Positions 24,077-34,670 are shown, counted from the whole stretch's first letter. The stretch is 62,679 nucleotides of DNA, filler included, from Gemmatimonadota bacterium (GCA_003697105.1; 8 parts of 8 records of this genome joined end to end with filler, not necessarily neighbours in it), one strand, 5' to 3'. Translations and numbers: made by a program. Notes: a model not told the origin generated them from the letters alone.

Positions 24077-24105
24077 AAAAAAGACCCTGAACAGGTTCAG
24101 GGTCT
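24077..24105 (-). terminator. Terminator downstream of sbcC
   Basis: 11-bp inverted repeat AGACCCTGAAC/GTTCAGGGTCT with U-tract on minus strand. Confidence 0.7.
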
Positions 24106-24145
24106 GTTACGAGGTTTCCGCTAAACAGGTTTCGTTCAGATTGGG

Positions 24146-27100
24146 TTAGATGACCACGGCGTGCGAACCGGTCGTTTCATCTTTGGTCACACTGATCCGG
24201 GTTGGGAAAGCATCATTGAGTTCCGGGATGTGGGTAATCACCAGAATTTTTTCAAAATCATCAGCGATAGTACTAATAACCTCCACCAAGCGATCCCGCC
24301 CTTCGGCATCTTGAGTGCCGAATCCTTCGTCCACGACCAGTGTTTGCAATTTTGCACCGGCTCGACGCGCCAGCAGTTTGGAAAGCGCAATTCGGATGGC
24401 AAAATTGATACGGAACGCCTCACCCCCACTAAATAACTCGTAGGGGCGGGTACTGGACTCATCGGTGACCCGGATTTCTAATGTTTCGGCAATGTTTCCT
24501 GATTTTTGGGTTTTCTGGCTTTCAAATTTAACGTACATCCGGTGATCGCTTAGGCGTTGCAGAATTTCATTGGCTTCTTCTTCCAATTCCGGCAAAATTC
24601 GCTCGATAATTAATGCCTGAATCCCTTTTTTGCTAAACGCATAAACCAGATCGTTATAAATACCTTTTAACTCTTGCTGTTCCTTCAGTTCCTGTTGTTT
24701 GGTTTTCCGTTGTTGTTCCAGTTGGCGTAGATGTTCCAAGCGTTCTTCATTACGCCCTAAGGAGGTTCGGGTCACCGCCTCATCTCGCCGGATGGTGATC
24801 AATTCGGTATCCAATGTCCGGACGTTTTCTTCAATTTTCGGTAGGTCTCGAATGTCATTGAACAGGGAATCCCGTTGTTCCCGAATTTTAGCCAACTGGC
24901 TTTCTTTCCGTCCGAGTTGGGATTTCATGTCATTGAGGTTTTTCCGCACTTCATCAATGGCTTGTTGGGCGTGTTCTAATTCGATTTTTTTGCGTTCGTA
25001 GCTCGCCAGTTCCCGGATTCGGCGGCGTACCGCCACATGGGCTTCGGGGTCATAATCTAATTGATCGATTTTTTTCTGAACCCGTTCCCGTTTCCGGCGC
25101 AGGGTTATGGCAAACGCATTTTCTTTCAATTTCTTAAGCCGGAGTTCCAGCTTTTTCTGGTGTTTCGGCAATTCTTTTTCAATCTGATTCACTTCGGAAA
25201 TTGCCGCGTCGAGTTGTCCTTTTTTATGGTTCCAGCGTGCCAGTTGGTCTATCTTTTCCCGGATGCGTTCGTGTTCTTCTTTATCATATTTGTTTCGCTT
25301 GATACGGCTTTGAAGTTTCCTTAACTCCTCTTTTTCAGCGGTAGCATAGGTATGCTGTTCCAGTTGGTCGTTCAACTCTGCCAATTTGTGCTCTAAACTG
25401 GGTAATTCTTGTTTGATTTGCTGGTGCTGTTCCATCAGCAGAGCGATCTCGGTCACCCGTTTACGAATCGTTTCGGTTTCACCCAGTTCTTGTTCCAGTA
25501 TTTTATACGTTTTGCGGAACGCTTTCAGTTCGTTTTCAATGGCGGCAATGGCGCGTTCATTCTGCCGCTTCTCATCCATTAATTCCTGATGTTCTTGCTG
25601 AATTTTTTGGATGATATGCTCCCGTCCAGATTCATCCAATTTTGCCGAACAGAGGGGGCACTGTGCTCCGGCATGATCCATTAAATCCATCTTTTCATGG
25701 ATTTCTTTAATCAGTTTATCAATAGTTTGGTTGCGCGTGGTGAACGCTTCTATTTCGGCTTTTTTGGTGATACCCAGTTCCTTGAGCCGTTGCCGTTCTT
25801 TTTCTTTTGTTTCCAATGCGGCAAGCTCTTTTTTGGCGGCGGCATACTCCTTTTCCAAATTGCCAGAAGCCGCCAGTCGTTGTTTCAAGCCGGCGATTTT
25901 GTCTTCGATGCTTTTCTTTTCCAGCTCAACCACATGGCGTTTATCTGCGATAACTTTTTCCAGATGATGCAGTTCTTCCATCAATTCCGCTTGTTTGCGC
26001 TGGCGATTAAGCAACGTATGGTTTTTGCGTTTCGCTTTCGCCAATTTTTGGATGCCCGCCTCAATTTCCTTTTTCTCTTTCAGGATTTTTTGATCCTCTT
26101 GAGCACGTTTTTCCAGATTTTCCATTGTCGCTTTGATTTGCTCGACTTCCAGCTCCAATTTGTGTTGTGCCGCCTGAATCGCCTGATCGAGTTCAGCCCG
26201 TTCTTCTTTTAAGCGTTGGTAGGCTTCTTGTTTCTCAACCCAAGCACTCTCTTCTGTTTTTGCCGCTTCCAATTGTGAAAATTTATCTAAAATGTCTTTT
26301 TCATTTTTGAGGATTGCTTCGTAACCAGCTAACTTTTGCTTAGTTTCTTGAATTTTTTGGTTAAGATCATCGATCTCCCGGCGAGTTTGGTTCAAACGTT
26401 CATCATATTCATTCACTTGATCGCGTTTGGTCTTGAGTTCGGTCTGTTGCTGGCGTAGTGCTTCGAGTTGGGTTTCTTTCGTTTGTAAATTGCGTTGCAA
26501 CCGTCCCAAACTGGATTTTAATCTTTTATTCTCATTCTCGTATTTCGCTTTATGGCTAAGTTCCTCATCTAACTCTTTTAGACTGGCATTGAGTGTATGC
26601 GACGCCTGATCGGCATCTCGCCGTTTACGACGTGCCCGGCTTTCCAGCACATCGTAAATCTCTAAATTGAGAATATCCGACAAAATCTGTTTGCGTTCGG
26701 TGGGATTTTTCACCGTGAAGGAGTCCGCTTTGTTCTGTAAGATAAACGCCGAATTGACAAAGGTATCGTAGTCCATCCGGAGGACTTTGTTGATCTGTTC
26801 CTGCGTATTCCGCATATTTTTTTGGGTAAGAGAGACAAATTTGCCCTGTTTTTCATTGAATATCTGGAATTCTAAGCTGGATCGCCCTCCCCGGCTGTGT
26901 ATTGAGCGGGACCGCAAAATCCGGTAACGCTCATGTCCCAGATCAAACACAAACTCCACCTGCATGTCTCGTGCGCCAAATCGAATCAGGTCATCGTTGG
27001 AGCTGGCTCGTGCTTTTCCCCACATTGCCCAGGTCATGGCTTCCAACAAAGTGGACTTGCCATTACCGTTGGCGCCGGTCAGGCAAGCCACATGAATTTG

Positions 27101-27172
27101 TGAAAAGTCGATGGGTTCTGGCATTTCGCCGTAACTCATGAAATTTTTCAACTTTAATTGTACCGGTATCAT
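24146..27172 (-). CDS. sbcC: SbcC/Rad50 SMC-family ATPase
   Basis: GANGNGKST, long coiled coil with central CPLC zinc hook, FSGGE, VVDEGFG, ITH. Confidence 0.93.
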   Translation of the reverse strand: MIPVQLKLKNFMSYGEMPEPIDFSQIHVACLTGANGNGKSTLLEAMTWAMWGKARASSNDDLIRFGARDMQVEFVFDLGHERYRILRSRSIHSRGGRSSLEFQIFNEKQGKFVSLTQKNMRNTQEQINKVLRMDYDTFVNSAFILQNKADSFTVKNPTERKQILSDILNLEIYDVLESRARRKRRDADQASHTLNASLKELDEELSHKAKYENENKRLKSSLGRLQRNLQTKETQLEALRQQQTELKTKRDQVNEYDERLNQTRREIDDLNQKIQETKQKLAGYEAILKNEKDILDKFSQLEAAKTEESAWVEKQEAYQRLKEERAELDQAIQAAQHKLELEVEQIKATMENLEKRAQEDQKILKEKKEIEAGIQKLAKAKRKNHTLLNRQRKQAELMEELHHLEKVIADKRHVVELEKKSIEDKIAGLKQRLAASGNLEKEYAAAKKELAALETKEKERQRLKELGITKKAEIEAFTTRNQTIDKLIKEIHEKMDLMDHAGAQCPLCSAKLDESGREHIIQKIQQEHQELMDEKRQNERAIAAIENELKAFRKTYKILEQELGETETIRKRVTEIALLMEQHQQIKQELPSLEHKLAELNDQLEQHTYATAEKEELRKLQSRIKRNKYDKEEHERIREKIDQLARWNHKKGQLDAAISEVNQIEKELPKHQKKLELRLKKLKENAFAITLRRKRERVQKKIDQLDYDPEAHVAVRRRIRELASYERKKIELEHAQQAIDEVRKNLNDMKSQLGRKESQLAKIREQRDSLFNDIRDLPKIEENVRTLDTELITIRRDEAVTRTSLGRNEERLEHLRQLEQQRKTKQQELKEQQELKGIYNDLVYAFSKKGIQALIIERILPELEEEANEILQRLSDHRMYVKFESQKTQKSGNIAETLEIRVTDESSTRPYELFSGGEAFRINFAIRIALSKLLARRAGAKLQTLVVDEGFGTQDAEGRDRLVEVISTIADDFEKILVITHIPELNDAFPTRISVTKDETTGSHAVVI

Positions 27173-27244
27173 CGTCTATATGATCCTCTACTGGTGTAAA
27201 TCCAAAGTAAGAGCGTTGCAACACGCTAGCGATTCACCCCTAGT

Positions 27245-28933
27245 TTATGCCCAGCGCGGCAAATATTCCTGAAGTTCCAGCGCGACATTTTGGAAGAAAA
27301 TCCGGTCTGCATGTGGCTGGAACATCGCTAATTTTCCGAGCGCAGTTGGGGCAAAATGGCTAATACGCTCAAAATTGAGCGCAATGGGTAACGTAAGATG
27401 CTGCAAAGCATAGCTAATTCGTTTTTGTAATTGGGATACCGTTTTTGTATCCAAAATCCCTTCTAAATCTAAAACTAAGATGGAACAGTTTTCATTGAGC
27501 CGGGGCACCACCCGCAACATATCTCGTAAATGAATACGGGGTTTTTCCGGATCGGGTGGCACCGGTATCAACGGGACATCCTCACGGGTGGAAATATCGG
27601 CATACAAACGATTGATCGCCTTCCCCAACGGGGTAATGCTGCCTTTGGGTAACCGTTTGACCGCGTTTCGATAGCCTAAATTCAATTTCAAGCGGCGCGG
27701 AATAAACAGCGGGTGAACATGTTTTAAGCCGGCAAAGATGTTTCGTAGCCGGTAAAATTCATGGTATGCCCAATAATACCCGTTTAATAATGTTTCCGCC
27801 GAGATGAGCTGGGGGCGATACACCACATGCCCCCCGTTGTAGTGGCTCCAATCATAATCGATAATCCGCCCGGCTTGCTCCAGTTCGTGGAACAATTTCG
27901 TACCGGGAAAGGGAGTCAAAATATGGAACGTCGCCGTTTCAATATGATTTCGCTCGGCAAACCGGACGGTGCGTTCAAACACGCCCTCGTCATCATGGTC
28001 CATCCCAAAAATGAACGAACCGTTGATCATGATGCCGTGATCATGGATAATTTTGAGTTCTTCTTCATATCGATTGGCTTTGTTAAAATTTTTGTGCGCC
28101 CCCTTCAGATTCGCTTGCGAGAGGGACTCAATGCCGATAAACATCGCCACACAACCGCTTTTTTGGGCGAGATCAAGCAATTCGGGGTCGCGGGCAAGGT
28201 GCAAACTTCCTTGGCTTCCCCATTTAATATTGAGCGGGATCAGCGCTTTGAATAGTTTTTTGGCATAGGTGGGGTTGGCAATGATGTTGTCATCCACAAA
28301 CGCCACAAACTTTGTATTCATTGCCTCAATTTCCCGCACCACGTGCTCCACCGGGCGCTCTCGAAAACCGCGCCCGAAAAAGGTTGTAACAGAGCAATAG
28401 TTGCAATCAAAGGGGCAACCGCGCGTGGTCTGGACACAATGGGTCGTCATGTAACACTCAGACTTAAACAAATCACGGCGCGGTACCGGAATATCCGCCA
28501 TGTTTACCACGCGATCCGCTCGGTATAGCCGGTCGATCTGCCCGGTTTTTTCAAAATCGGCACAGAGCCGTTCCCATGCCCCCTCCGCTTCGCCAACCAC
28601 CACCGTGGCATGTTTCATACCTTCTTCCGGTAAAAAGGTGACGTGCGGTCCTCCCAAAACACAGGGTACACCTCGTTTTTGATATTCCCGGCAAATATCG
28701 TATGCCCGGTTGGCATAAGGGGTCATTACGGTGATCCCTACCAGATCAACCGGGTCATCAAAATCAACGGATTCTACATTTTCATCAATGAGATCAATAT
28801 CCCAATGGGCGGGGGTCAAGGCGGCAACGCTGGCAAGACTCAGGCGCACAAACCAAAATGCCTTGAGTTCTTTCGCGGTATGCCGGAACATTGACTGTTC
28901 GGGATACGACGGTGAGATTAATTTTAGCTTCAT
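27245..28933 (-). CDS. B12-binding radical SAM protein with C-terminal STAS-like extension
   Basis: B12-binding N-domain (GGPH, GEAE), TRGCPFDCNYC, TPFPGT; tail VLDLEGILD...IALNFERISHF. Confidence 0.88.
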   Translation of the reverse strand: MKLKLISPSYPEQSMFRHTAKELKAFWFVRLSLASVAALTPAHWDIDLIDENVESVDFDDPVDLVGITVMTPYANRAYDICREYQKRGVPCVLGGPHVTFLPEEGMKHATVVVGEAEGAWERLCADFEKTGQIDRLYRADRVVNMADIPVPRRDLFKSECYMTTHCVQTTRGCPFDCNYCSVTTFFGRGFRERPVEHVVREIEAMNTKFVAFVDDNIIANPTYAKKLFKALIPLNIKWGSQGSLHLARDPELLDLAQKSGCVAMFIGIESLSQANLKGAHKNFNKANRYEEELKIIHDHGIMINGSFIFGMDHDDEGVFERTVRFAERNHIETATFHILTPFPGTKLFHELEQAGRIIDYDWSHYNGGHVVYRPQLISAETLLNGYYWAYHEFYRLRNIFAGLKHVHPLFIPRRLKLNLGYRNAVKRLPKGSITPLGKAINRLYADISTREDVPLIPVPPDPEKPRIHLRDMLRVVPRLNENCSILVLDLEGILDTKTVSQLQKRISYALQHLTLPIALNFERISHFAPTALGKLAMFQPHADRIFFQNVALELQEYLPRWA

Positions 28934-28990
28934 AGTGAGATCGTTGATGTTATGCCATCAAACTCATTGGGTCCTACAGTTACAAACCAC

Positions 28991-30610
28991 CTAGGAGGTG
29001 CCTTGAATCATTTTCAAGTTTTTCTGAATCAACGTATTATCGGGGTCATATTTTAAGGCTTCTTCCCAATATTTTACGGCGGTTTCACGCTGTCCATTTT
29101 TCAGGCTGATATTACCCATCTTGAAGTACACCCCCGGTAACTTGGGGTTCAAATCCAGCGCCCGCTTAAACTCAACTTCTGCTTTTTCGTGCCAACCGCC
29201 CCGATAGTACAGGTCGCCCAAATTGCTGTGGGGAATCGCCAATGACGGATTCAACCGGATAGCTTCCTGATAGTGCTTAGAGGCTTCCTCGTGCATGTGC
29301 TTATATTGGTACAGTACCCCTAAGTTATTGTGTATAATGGCATTTTCGGCATCCATTTCGAGAATACGTTTGAACCACATTAAAGCATAATCAAATTTAC
29401 CGAGTTTCATTAATGCCAGTGCCAGATAAAAATAACTCGCCAATAAAGTTTTATCGTGCTCAATTGCCTGTTTCAAATTTTCCACAGCGGCATCGTACAA
29501 CTCCTGCTGGTACTGCAAAAATCCCAAATTATAATATGCTCGCGCATACGTAGCATCTAACGTGATTGCTTTTTGGTACGCCGCTAAGGCTTGCGGGATC
29601 ACATGCGTTTTTTCATAAGCTAAACCCAAATTATTATAAATTTTCGCACTATGTGGTGCGATCTCTATCGCTTTCTGGTAGAATTCGATGGCGCTATCAT
29701 GTTTATCTTTAAAATAAGCAATCAATCCGAGATGGAACAACGCCCCCAAATGCTGGGGGTCTAGTTCCAGTACCTTTTGATACTCCCGGTATGCCTCCTG
29801 ATACATTTCAGATTTGAAAAAGGCGGTTGCCAAATTCAAAGTTTCAGCGAGTTGATGGCGAGCTACTTTTTGGATCGCCGGAGCTTCCACCACTTGATCC
29901 GGATCAACCATTTCGATGGCGCCCCGTTCGATATAGCGATGTAACGACTTACAAATGGTAAACTCATCCAGCCGGCAGATTCGGATCAAGTCTTCAATGG
30001 AATTTACACCATTGACTTCCTGCAACACGGTGCGATCAATCTCTTCTTCCACCGTTAACTGGTCCAGGTGATAACCGGCATTAAAGCGGGGGATTTGCTT
30101 AGATGATTGGATATTTTTACGGAAGGCGCGCCATTCATCCACCCGCCGCACACCTTCCATCAACAGGTCATTTGAGGAGAGTGAGACGGTCAGTTCATTG
30201 GTGGTCAGGGTGGTGTTAGGTTCAAAATTAAAAAAACCATCCGTCCAACTAAGCAGGTGTGAGATGGTTTCCTCAATCTGAATCTTTAAGTATTTTTTGA
30301 TTTCATCTTCTGAAATCAAATTCATTTCCACTAAAATGGTGCCCAACTTTTTGTCGTGTTGATCTTCCCCTTGTCGTTGAATGGCTGCATTGAGCTGTTC
30401 CACGGTAAGTTTACCATCGCGGATTAACAAATCGCCAATCCGGTCCATCCGGTTGACAATGGTGGCATAGACAATCTTACCCTGATTTAAATACACATTG
30501 CCAAAATCATTACGGTCGGTCACGCTTAGGATGCCGGTTTTGCGTCCCATACTAAGCAGTTGAATAACATCCGGCAAACTGGCTTCTTTCAGCGAACCTT
30601 TAATCGCCAT
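28991..30610 (-). CDS. DUF4388 (PATAN-like) domain and TPR repeat protein
   Basis: MAIKGSLKEASLPDVIQLL...KTG.L, W.DG.F.F, LLMEGVRRVDEW, then about eight TPRs. Confidence 0.88.
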   Translation of the reverse strand: MAIKGSLKEASLPDVIQLLSMGRKTGILSVTDRNDFGNVYLNQGKIVYATIVNRMDRIGDLLIRDGKLTVEQLNAAIQRQGEDQHDKKLGTILVEMNLISEDEIKKYLKIQIEETISHLLSWTDGFFNFEPNTTLTTNELTVSLSSNDLLMEGVRRVDEWRAFRKNIQSSKQIPRFNAGYHLDQLTVEEEIDRTVLQEVNGVNSIEDLIRICRLDEFTICKSLHRYIERGAIEMVDPDQVVEAPAIQKVARHQLAETLNLATAFFKSEMYQEAYREYQKVLELDPQHLGALFHLGLIAYFKDKHDSAIEFYQKAIEIAPHSAKIYNNLGLAYEKTHVIPQALAAYQKAITLDATYARAYYNLGFLQYQQELYDAAVENLKQAIEHDKTLLASYFYLALALMKLGKFDYALMWFKRILEMDAENAIIHNNLGVLYQYKHMHEEASKHYQEAIRLNPSLAIPHSNLGDLYYRGGWHEKAEVEFKRALDLNPKLPGVYFKMGNISLKNGQRETAVKYWEEALKYDPDNTLIQKNLKMIQGTS

Positions 30611-30637
30611 GGGTCTTCGTCCTATGCTTCTACGACA

Positions 30638-31516
30638 TCATGCAATGTTCTGAATCTGCTCACGGATTTTTTCCAGTTCTTCTTTGATCTGGATCACCCG
30701 TTCCAGAATCGCGGTATCATTGGCTTTGGAACCAATCGTGTTCGCCTCACGGTTCATCTCTTGCACGATAAAATTCAGCCGCTTTCCCACTGCGCCGCCG
30801 GTATCCAGCGCTTCAATAAACTGTTTGTTGTGGCTATGAAACCGCACGCACTCTTCGGTAATGTCAATTCGTTCTGCCAAAAAAGCAATTTCAGTCATCA
30901 GGCGTTGCTCATCAAGCGATTGATTTTCCAACAATGATTGGACACGTTCTTCCAAAGTCGCTTTTGCCTCAACCAGACGTTGGGGCGCACGTGCTTCGAT
31001 CTCCAGCAGGGTGGCCTCAATCGTGGCAATACGGTCGCGCAAATCCTGCGCCAGTTGGTTACCTTCGGTTTGCCGCATCTGGTTCAGATTGGCAATCGCG
31101 GCAAGTAAAACGGCTTCCGCCATCTCATAGGCATGATCGGGGTCGGTCTCTTCCGTTTCGTGTTTCAAAATATCCGGTAATGTGGCAAGCAGGTTCAGAT
31201 CAATCTCGCCCGACAACCCAAACCGGCGCTTCAAATCCTGAAACAACTGTAAATAAATCGCCGCAACTTCCTCATTCAACGTGATTTTATCTGTTTTTGC
31301 AATGTCGGTCTCCCAAGAAAGATAGACATTGATTTTACCGCGATCAATGTGTTTTTGAATCAATTGTTTCAGTTTTAGCTCTAACGTACTTAATGACTTC
31401 GGTAACCGGAGAGAGACCTCACAAAACCGGTGATTTACACTGCGTATTTCGCAGCTCACCGTGACACCCTCTTGCTCCATACTGGCGCGACCAAAACCGG
31501 TCATGCTATAAATCAT
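30638..31516 (-). CDS. yicC: YicC/YloC family endoribonuclease
   Basis: SMTGFGR, EIRSVNHRF, QEMNREANTIGSK, EKIREQIQNI. Confidence 0.95.
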   Translation of the reverse strand: MIYSMTGFGRASMEQEGVTVSCEIRSVNHRFCEVSLRLPKSLSTLELKLKQLIQKHIDRGKINVYLSWETDIAKTDKITLNEEVAAIYLQLFQDLKRRFGLSGEIDLNLLATLPDILKHETEETDPDHAYEMAEAVLLAAIANLNQMRQTEGNQLAQDLRDRIATIEATLLEIEARAPQRLVEAKATLEERVQSLLENQSLDEQRLMTEIAFLAERIDITEECVRFHSHNKQFIEALDTGGAVGKRLNFIVQEMNREANTIGSKANDTAILERVIQIKEELEKIREQIQNIA

Positions 31517-31556
31517 GGGGTTTTCCTTTGAGTTATAAATGGCTTAAAACGGCTAC

Positions 31557-31624
31557 ATAGTAACCGATACCTATATCTTTGTCAACCGTTTTTCCTTGAC
31601 ATTGAATGGGGTTTTAGATATACT
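31557..31624. promoter_or_regulatory. Back-to-back sigma70 promoters
   Basis: Minus TTGACA-N17-TACTAT (31585-31557); plus TTGACA-N17-TATACT (31596-31624). Confidence 0.65.
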
Positions 31625-31670
31625 GCCTACCATCTTATCGCTTTGATTTTTAAGGTATTAGGGCATTTTT

Positions 31671-33254
31671 ATGATTCCATTTCAGCCGATGCAAATCAAT
31701 TACGCTGAAATTCATTATCGCTTTCCGTTTTTTTTTAGTTACTTGAAAACAGACGAACCCGAAATTTTAGCCGATGCACCTTTCCGGGTTGAACCGGCAA
31801 AGCCAATCCCGATTTTGGTGCTGATCAAAGATGCAGACCATTATCCGGTTGAATTGGTGGAAATCCGGGCGGAACTGCACGTAAACAAGCGTCCACCAAT
31901 CGTACACCTCCTTGAGATCAACCCGCAACCCGTTCGCGATCATTTCTGGTATCAACTTGTGTATCTCCCCCGCCCTATCGAGCACGGGGTTGTGGAAGTT
32001 GATGTTCAGTTTCAGTACCGCTGTCAGGGTCGGTTACGCACCTGCCAAAACGATAATTACCGCACGGCATCCCACCGCCCATTGCATATTTTTTTGGCGG
32101 ATGAACCGTTGCCGGCACTCCCCGACTGGCATCATGGTGACATCCATTATCACAGCGCCTTCACAGAAGATCAGGTGGAATTTGGGGCACCCCTCCCAGC
32201 GACAGCTCAATTGGCGGCGGCACTTGGCTTACACTGGTTTGCGGTAACCGACCATTCTTATGACCTAGATGACCAGCCCGGAGATTACCTGCAGAACGAC
32301 CCCAATTTGCCAAAATGGCACAATTTTCAAACGGATGTTCAGAGGTGGAACGCACAACCAAAAATGCCGCTGATCATCCCCGGAGAAGAGGTCTCCTGCG
32401 GAAATTCGCGCGGACAAAATGTGCACCTGTTGGCATTGAATACCCGCCAGTTTATCCCCGGTCAAGGGGATAGTGCCGAAGTTTGGTTGAAAACACAACC
32501 GGATTTGACCATCCCGGAAGTCTGTGATCGCATCACTCAGGACGGGGGATTGGCGTTTGGTGCTCATGTGGGTGAAAAAGCGCCGTTCTTGCAACGGCTA
32601 CTGCTCGGTAGAGGGGATTGGACCCTAGCAGATGCGCGATGTCCATCCCTGAGGGGTGTCCAAATCTGGAATGGGCGTGACTTCCATGCCGGAGTCAAGC
32701 TGTGGGTGGATTTGCTCCTCGCAGGGGTTAAAGCGATTGCCGTGGGTGGAAATGATGCCCATGGCAACTTTAATCGCTACCGGCAAATCCGAATACCGTT
32801 CTTTCAACTGGCAGAAGCGGATTATCAAAAATTTGGGGATGTGCGGACGGTGGTTTATACCCCGACCCTGAATCTCGAGGCGGTGATGAACAGCTTAAAA
32901 CAGGGGTGCTGCCTTGTCACTAATGGACCCTTTGCCATATTGAATATCATCGATGGGCAAGGCAAGCATCACGGTCTGGGTGAAACCGTTCAGACCCTAC
33001 CAGATCATCTCTATGGGCACGCACGTTCCACTCGCGAATTTGGAGTGATAACCCGTATCCGCTTGATAAAAGGTGACCTGACACACCAAAAAGAAATCAT
33101 TTGGCAGGAATGGACGCCGGGGGTTTATGAATGGGATAACACAATTCCCTTACCTGATTTTCAAGGGGATTACCTCCGGCTGGAAGTGATTTCTTCTACC
33201 CCGGCAACATCATTTTATGGATTTACCAACCCGATCTGGTTTGATCGTCCATGA
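31671..33254 (+). CDS. PHP-like (CehA/McbA family) metallohydrolase
   Basis: GDIHYHS, VTDH, PGEEVS, AH, GGNDAH, TNGP, TNPIW. Confidence 0.82.
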   Translation: MIPFQPMQINYAEIHYRFPFFFSYLKTDEPEILADAPFRVEPAKPIPILVLIKDADHYPVELVEIRAELHVNKRPPIVHLLEINPQPVRDHFWYQLVYLPRPIEHGVVEVDVQFQYRCQGRLRTCQNDNYRTASHRPLHIFLADEPLPALPDWHHGDIHYHSAFTEDQVEFGAPLPATAQLAAALGLHWFAVTDHSYDLDDQPGDYLQNDPNLPKWHNFQTDVQRWNAQPKMPLIIPGEEVSCGNSRGQNVHLLALNTRQFIPGQGDSAEVWLKTQPDLTIPEVCDRITQDGGLAFGAHVGEKAPFLQRLLLGRGDWTLADARCPSLRGVQIWNGRDFHAGVKLWVDLLLAGVKAIAVGGNDAHGNFNRYRQIRIPFFQLAEADYQKFGDVRTVVYTPTLNLEAVMNSLKQGCCLVTNGPFAILNIIDGQGKHHGLGETVQTLPDHLYGHARSTREFGVITRIRLIKGDLTHQKEIIWQEWTPGVYEWDNTIPLPDFQGDYLRLEVISSTPATSFYGFTNPIWFDRP

Positions 33255-33270
33255 AAAAAGGAGTAAAACA

Positions 33271-33889
33271 TTGAAACAACATATCTGGGAAAAAGCGCAA
33301 AGTTTAAAATCGGCGATGGTAACCTACCGTCAACGACTCCACCAAATACCGGAGATGTCATATCAAGAACATAAAACGGGGAGGTACATCAATGAAGTTC
33401 TGCATACACTGAATGTCGAAACCCAAACCGGTCTCGTGGAAACAGGTTTAGTCGGTACTTTATATGAACCCAAACATCATAAAACCATTGCGATTCAGGC
33501 AGGCATGGACGGAGTACCGATTGATGAACAGACGGATTTACCTTTTTCTTCCGCCCATGAGGGGCTTTCTCATGCCTGCGGGCACGATGGCAATATGGCT
33601 ATGGTGCTGGGTGCGGCGGCGATTCTGAGCCACTTTAGACGACACTTGAACTGCAATGTCAAATTCATTTTTCAGCCCGGCTCGGAAGACCCACCCGCCG
33701 GTGCGCAACAGATGATTGCCGAAGGGGTCATGGAAGACGTCGATACGATCCTCACTACCCATTTGGATATGAATTTAGATGCCGGAAAAATAAGCATCCG
33801 CACCGGCGCGATTATGGCGGCAGCAGACCAATTCAAGATTACCATTTTAGGTACCGGCGGGCACGGCGCTTCTCCCCATGAAGGAATTG
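33271..33889 (+). CDS. M20D amidohydrolase (partial)
   Basis: LHQIPEMSYQE, HACGHD, FIFQP, GTGGHGASPH; TTG start after AGGAG; cut by gap. Confidence 0.88.
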
Positions 33890-33989
33890 NNNNNNNNNNN
33901 NNNNNNNNNNNNNNNNNNNNNNNNNNNNNNNNNTTAATTAATTAANNNNNNNNNNNNNNNNNNNNNNNNNNNNNNNNNNNNNNNNNNNN
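33890..33989. other. Assembly spacer
   Basis: N run with stop linker. Confidence 0.99.
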
Positions 33990-34141
33990 TCAATGTTTCC
34001 ATCGCTACTCCACGAATGAGGGGTCAAGTAAATTGAGATGGAAAAATCTAAACCAAATCAAATCAAAGCGAAACTTTTTTGTTGATAATAAATGAGTTAA
34101 ATAGCTTTTGTCAGTCAATCAGGAATTTGGGGTTTGAAAGG

Positions 34142-34169
34142 AAAAAAGGAGTCCAGCGGACTCCCTTTT
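34142..34169 (-). terminator. Terminator downstream of trxA
   Basis: GGAGTCC/GGACTCC stem flanked by A and T tracts. Confidence 0.6.
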
Positions 34170-34208
34170 CATTTCAAGCAGATAACAGATAACCCGTAAA
34201 AATAAAAT

Positions 34209-34577
34209 TTAGTTTTGCACGGGCGGTACTTTCAGCACCTCTTCAAACGCTTTGATCAGCGAGGCTTTCGGCATCGCTCCCATTGCCATTTGGGGCTTAT
34301 CATCCACCGGGCAAAAAAGTAGGGACGGGATGCTTTGAATACCGAATACGGCGGCAAGCTCCTGTTGTTCTTCTGTATTTACTTTATAAATATCGATTTT
34401 GCCAGCGTATTCTTCCGAGAGTTCGTCCAAAATTGGCGCGATCATCTTGCAGGGTCCGCACCAATCGGCGTAAAAGTCGATCAGGCAGGGCTTATCCCCT
34501 TCAAATTTCCACTCTTCGTTCTCTTCATAATTAAATACTTTCGTTAAAAAGGTATCTTTGGTTAAATGTTCAGGCAT
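34209..34577 (-). CDS. trxA: Thioredoxin
   Basis: DFYADWCGPCK, IQSIP; RBS GGAGG. Confidence 0.95.
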   Translation of the reverse strand: MPEHLTKDTFLTKVFNYEENEEWKFEGDKPCLIDFYADWCGPCKMIAPILDELSEEYAGKIDIYKVNTEEQQELAAVFGIQSIPSLLFCPVDDKPQMAMGAMPKASLIKAFEEVLKVPPVQN

Positions 34578-34641
34578 GGTAACCTCCTTGTGATGATGTG
34601 AAATTGGAGTAACATAAATTAGCTCAGTTTACATATAAATA

Positions 34642-34670
34642 AATATATGTTTATATTTATACTTTGTCAA
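34642..34670 (-). promoter_or_regulatory. sigma70 promoter of trxA
   Basis: TTGACA-N17-TATATT. Confidence 0.55.

Noticed and set aside
34631-34650. ACATATA-N6-TATATGT palindrome over the trxA -10
   Set aside because: Short, AT-rich and single copy; could be chance
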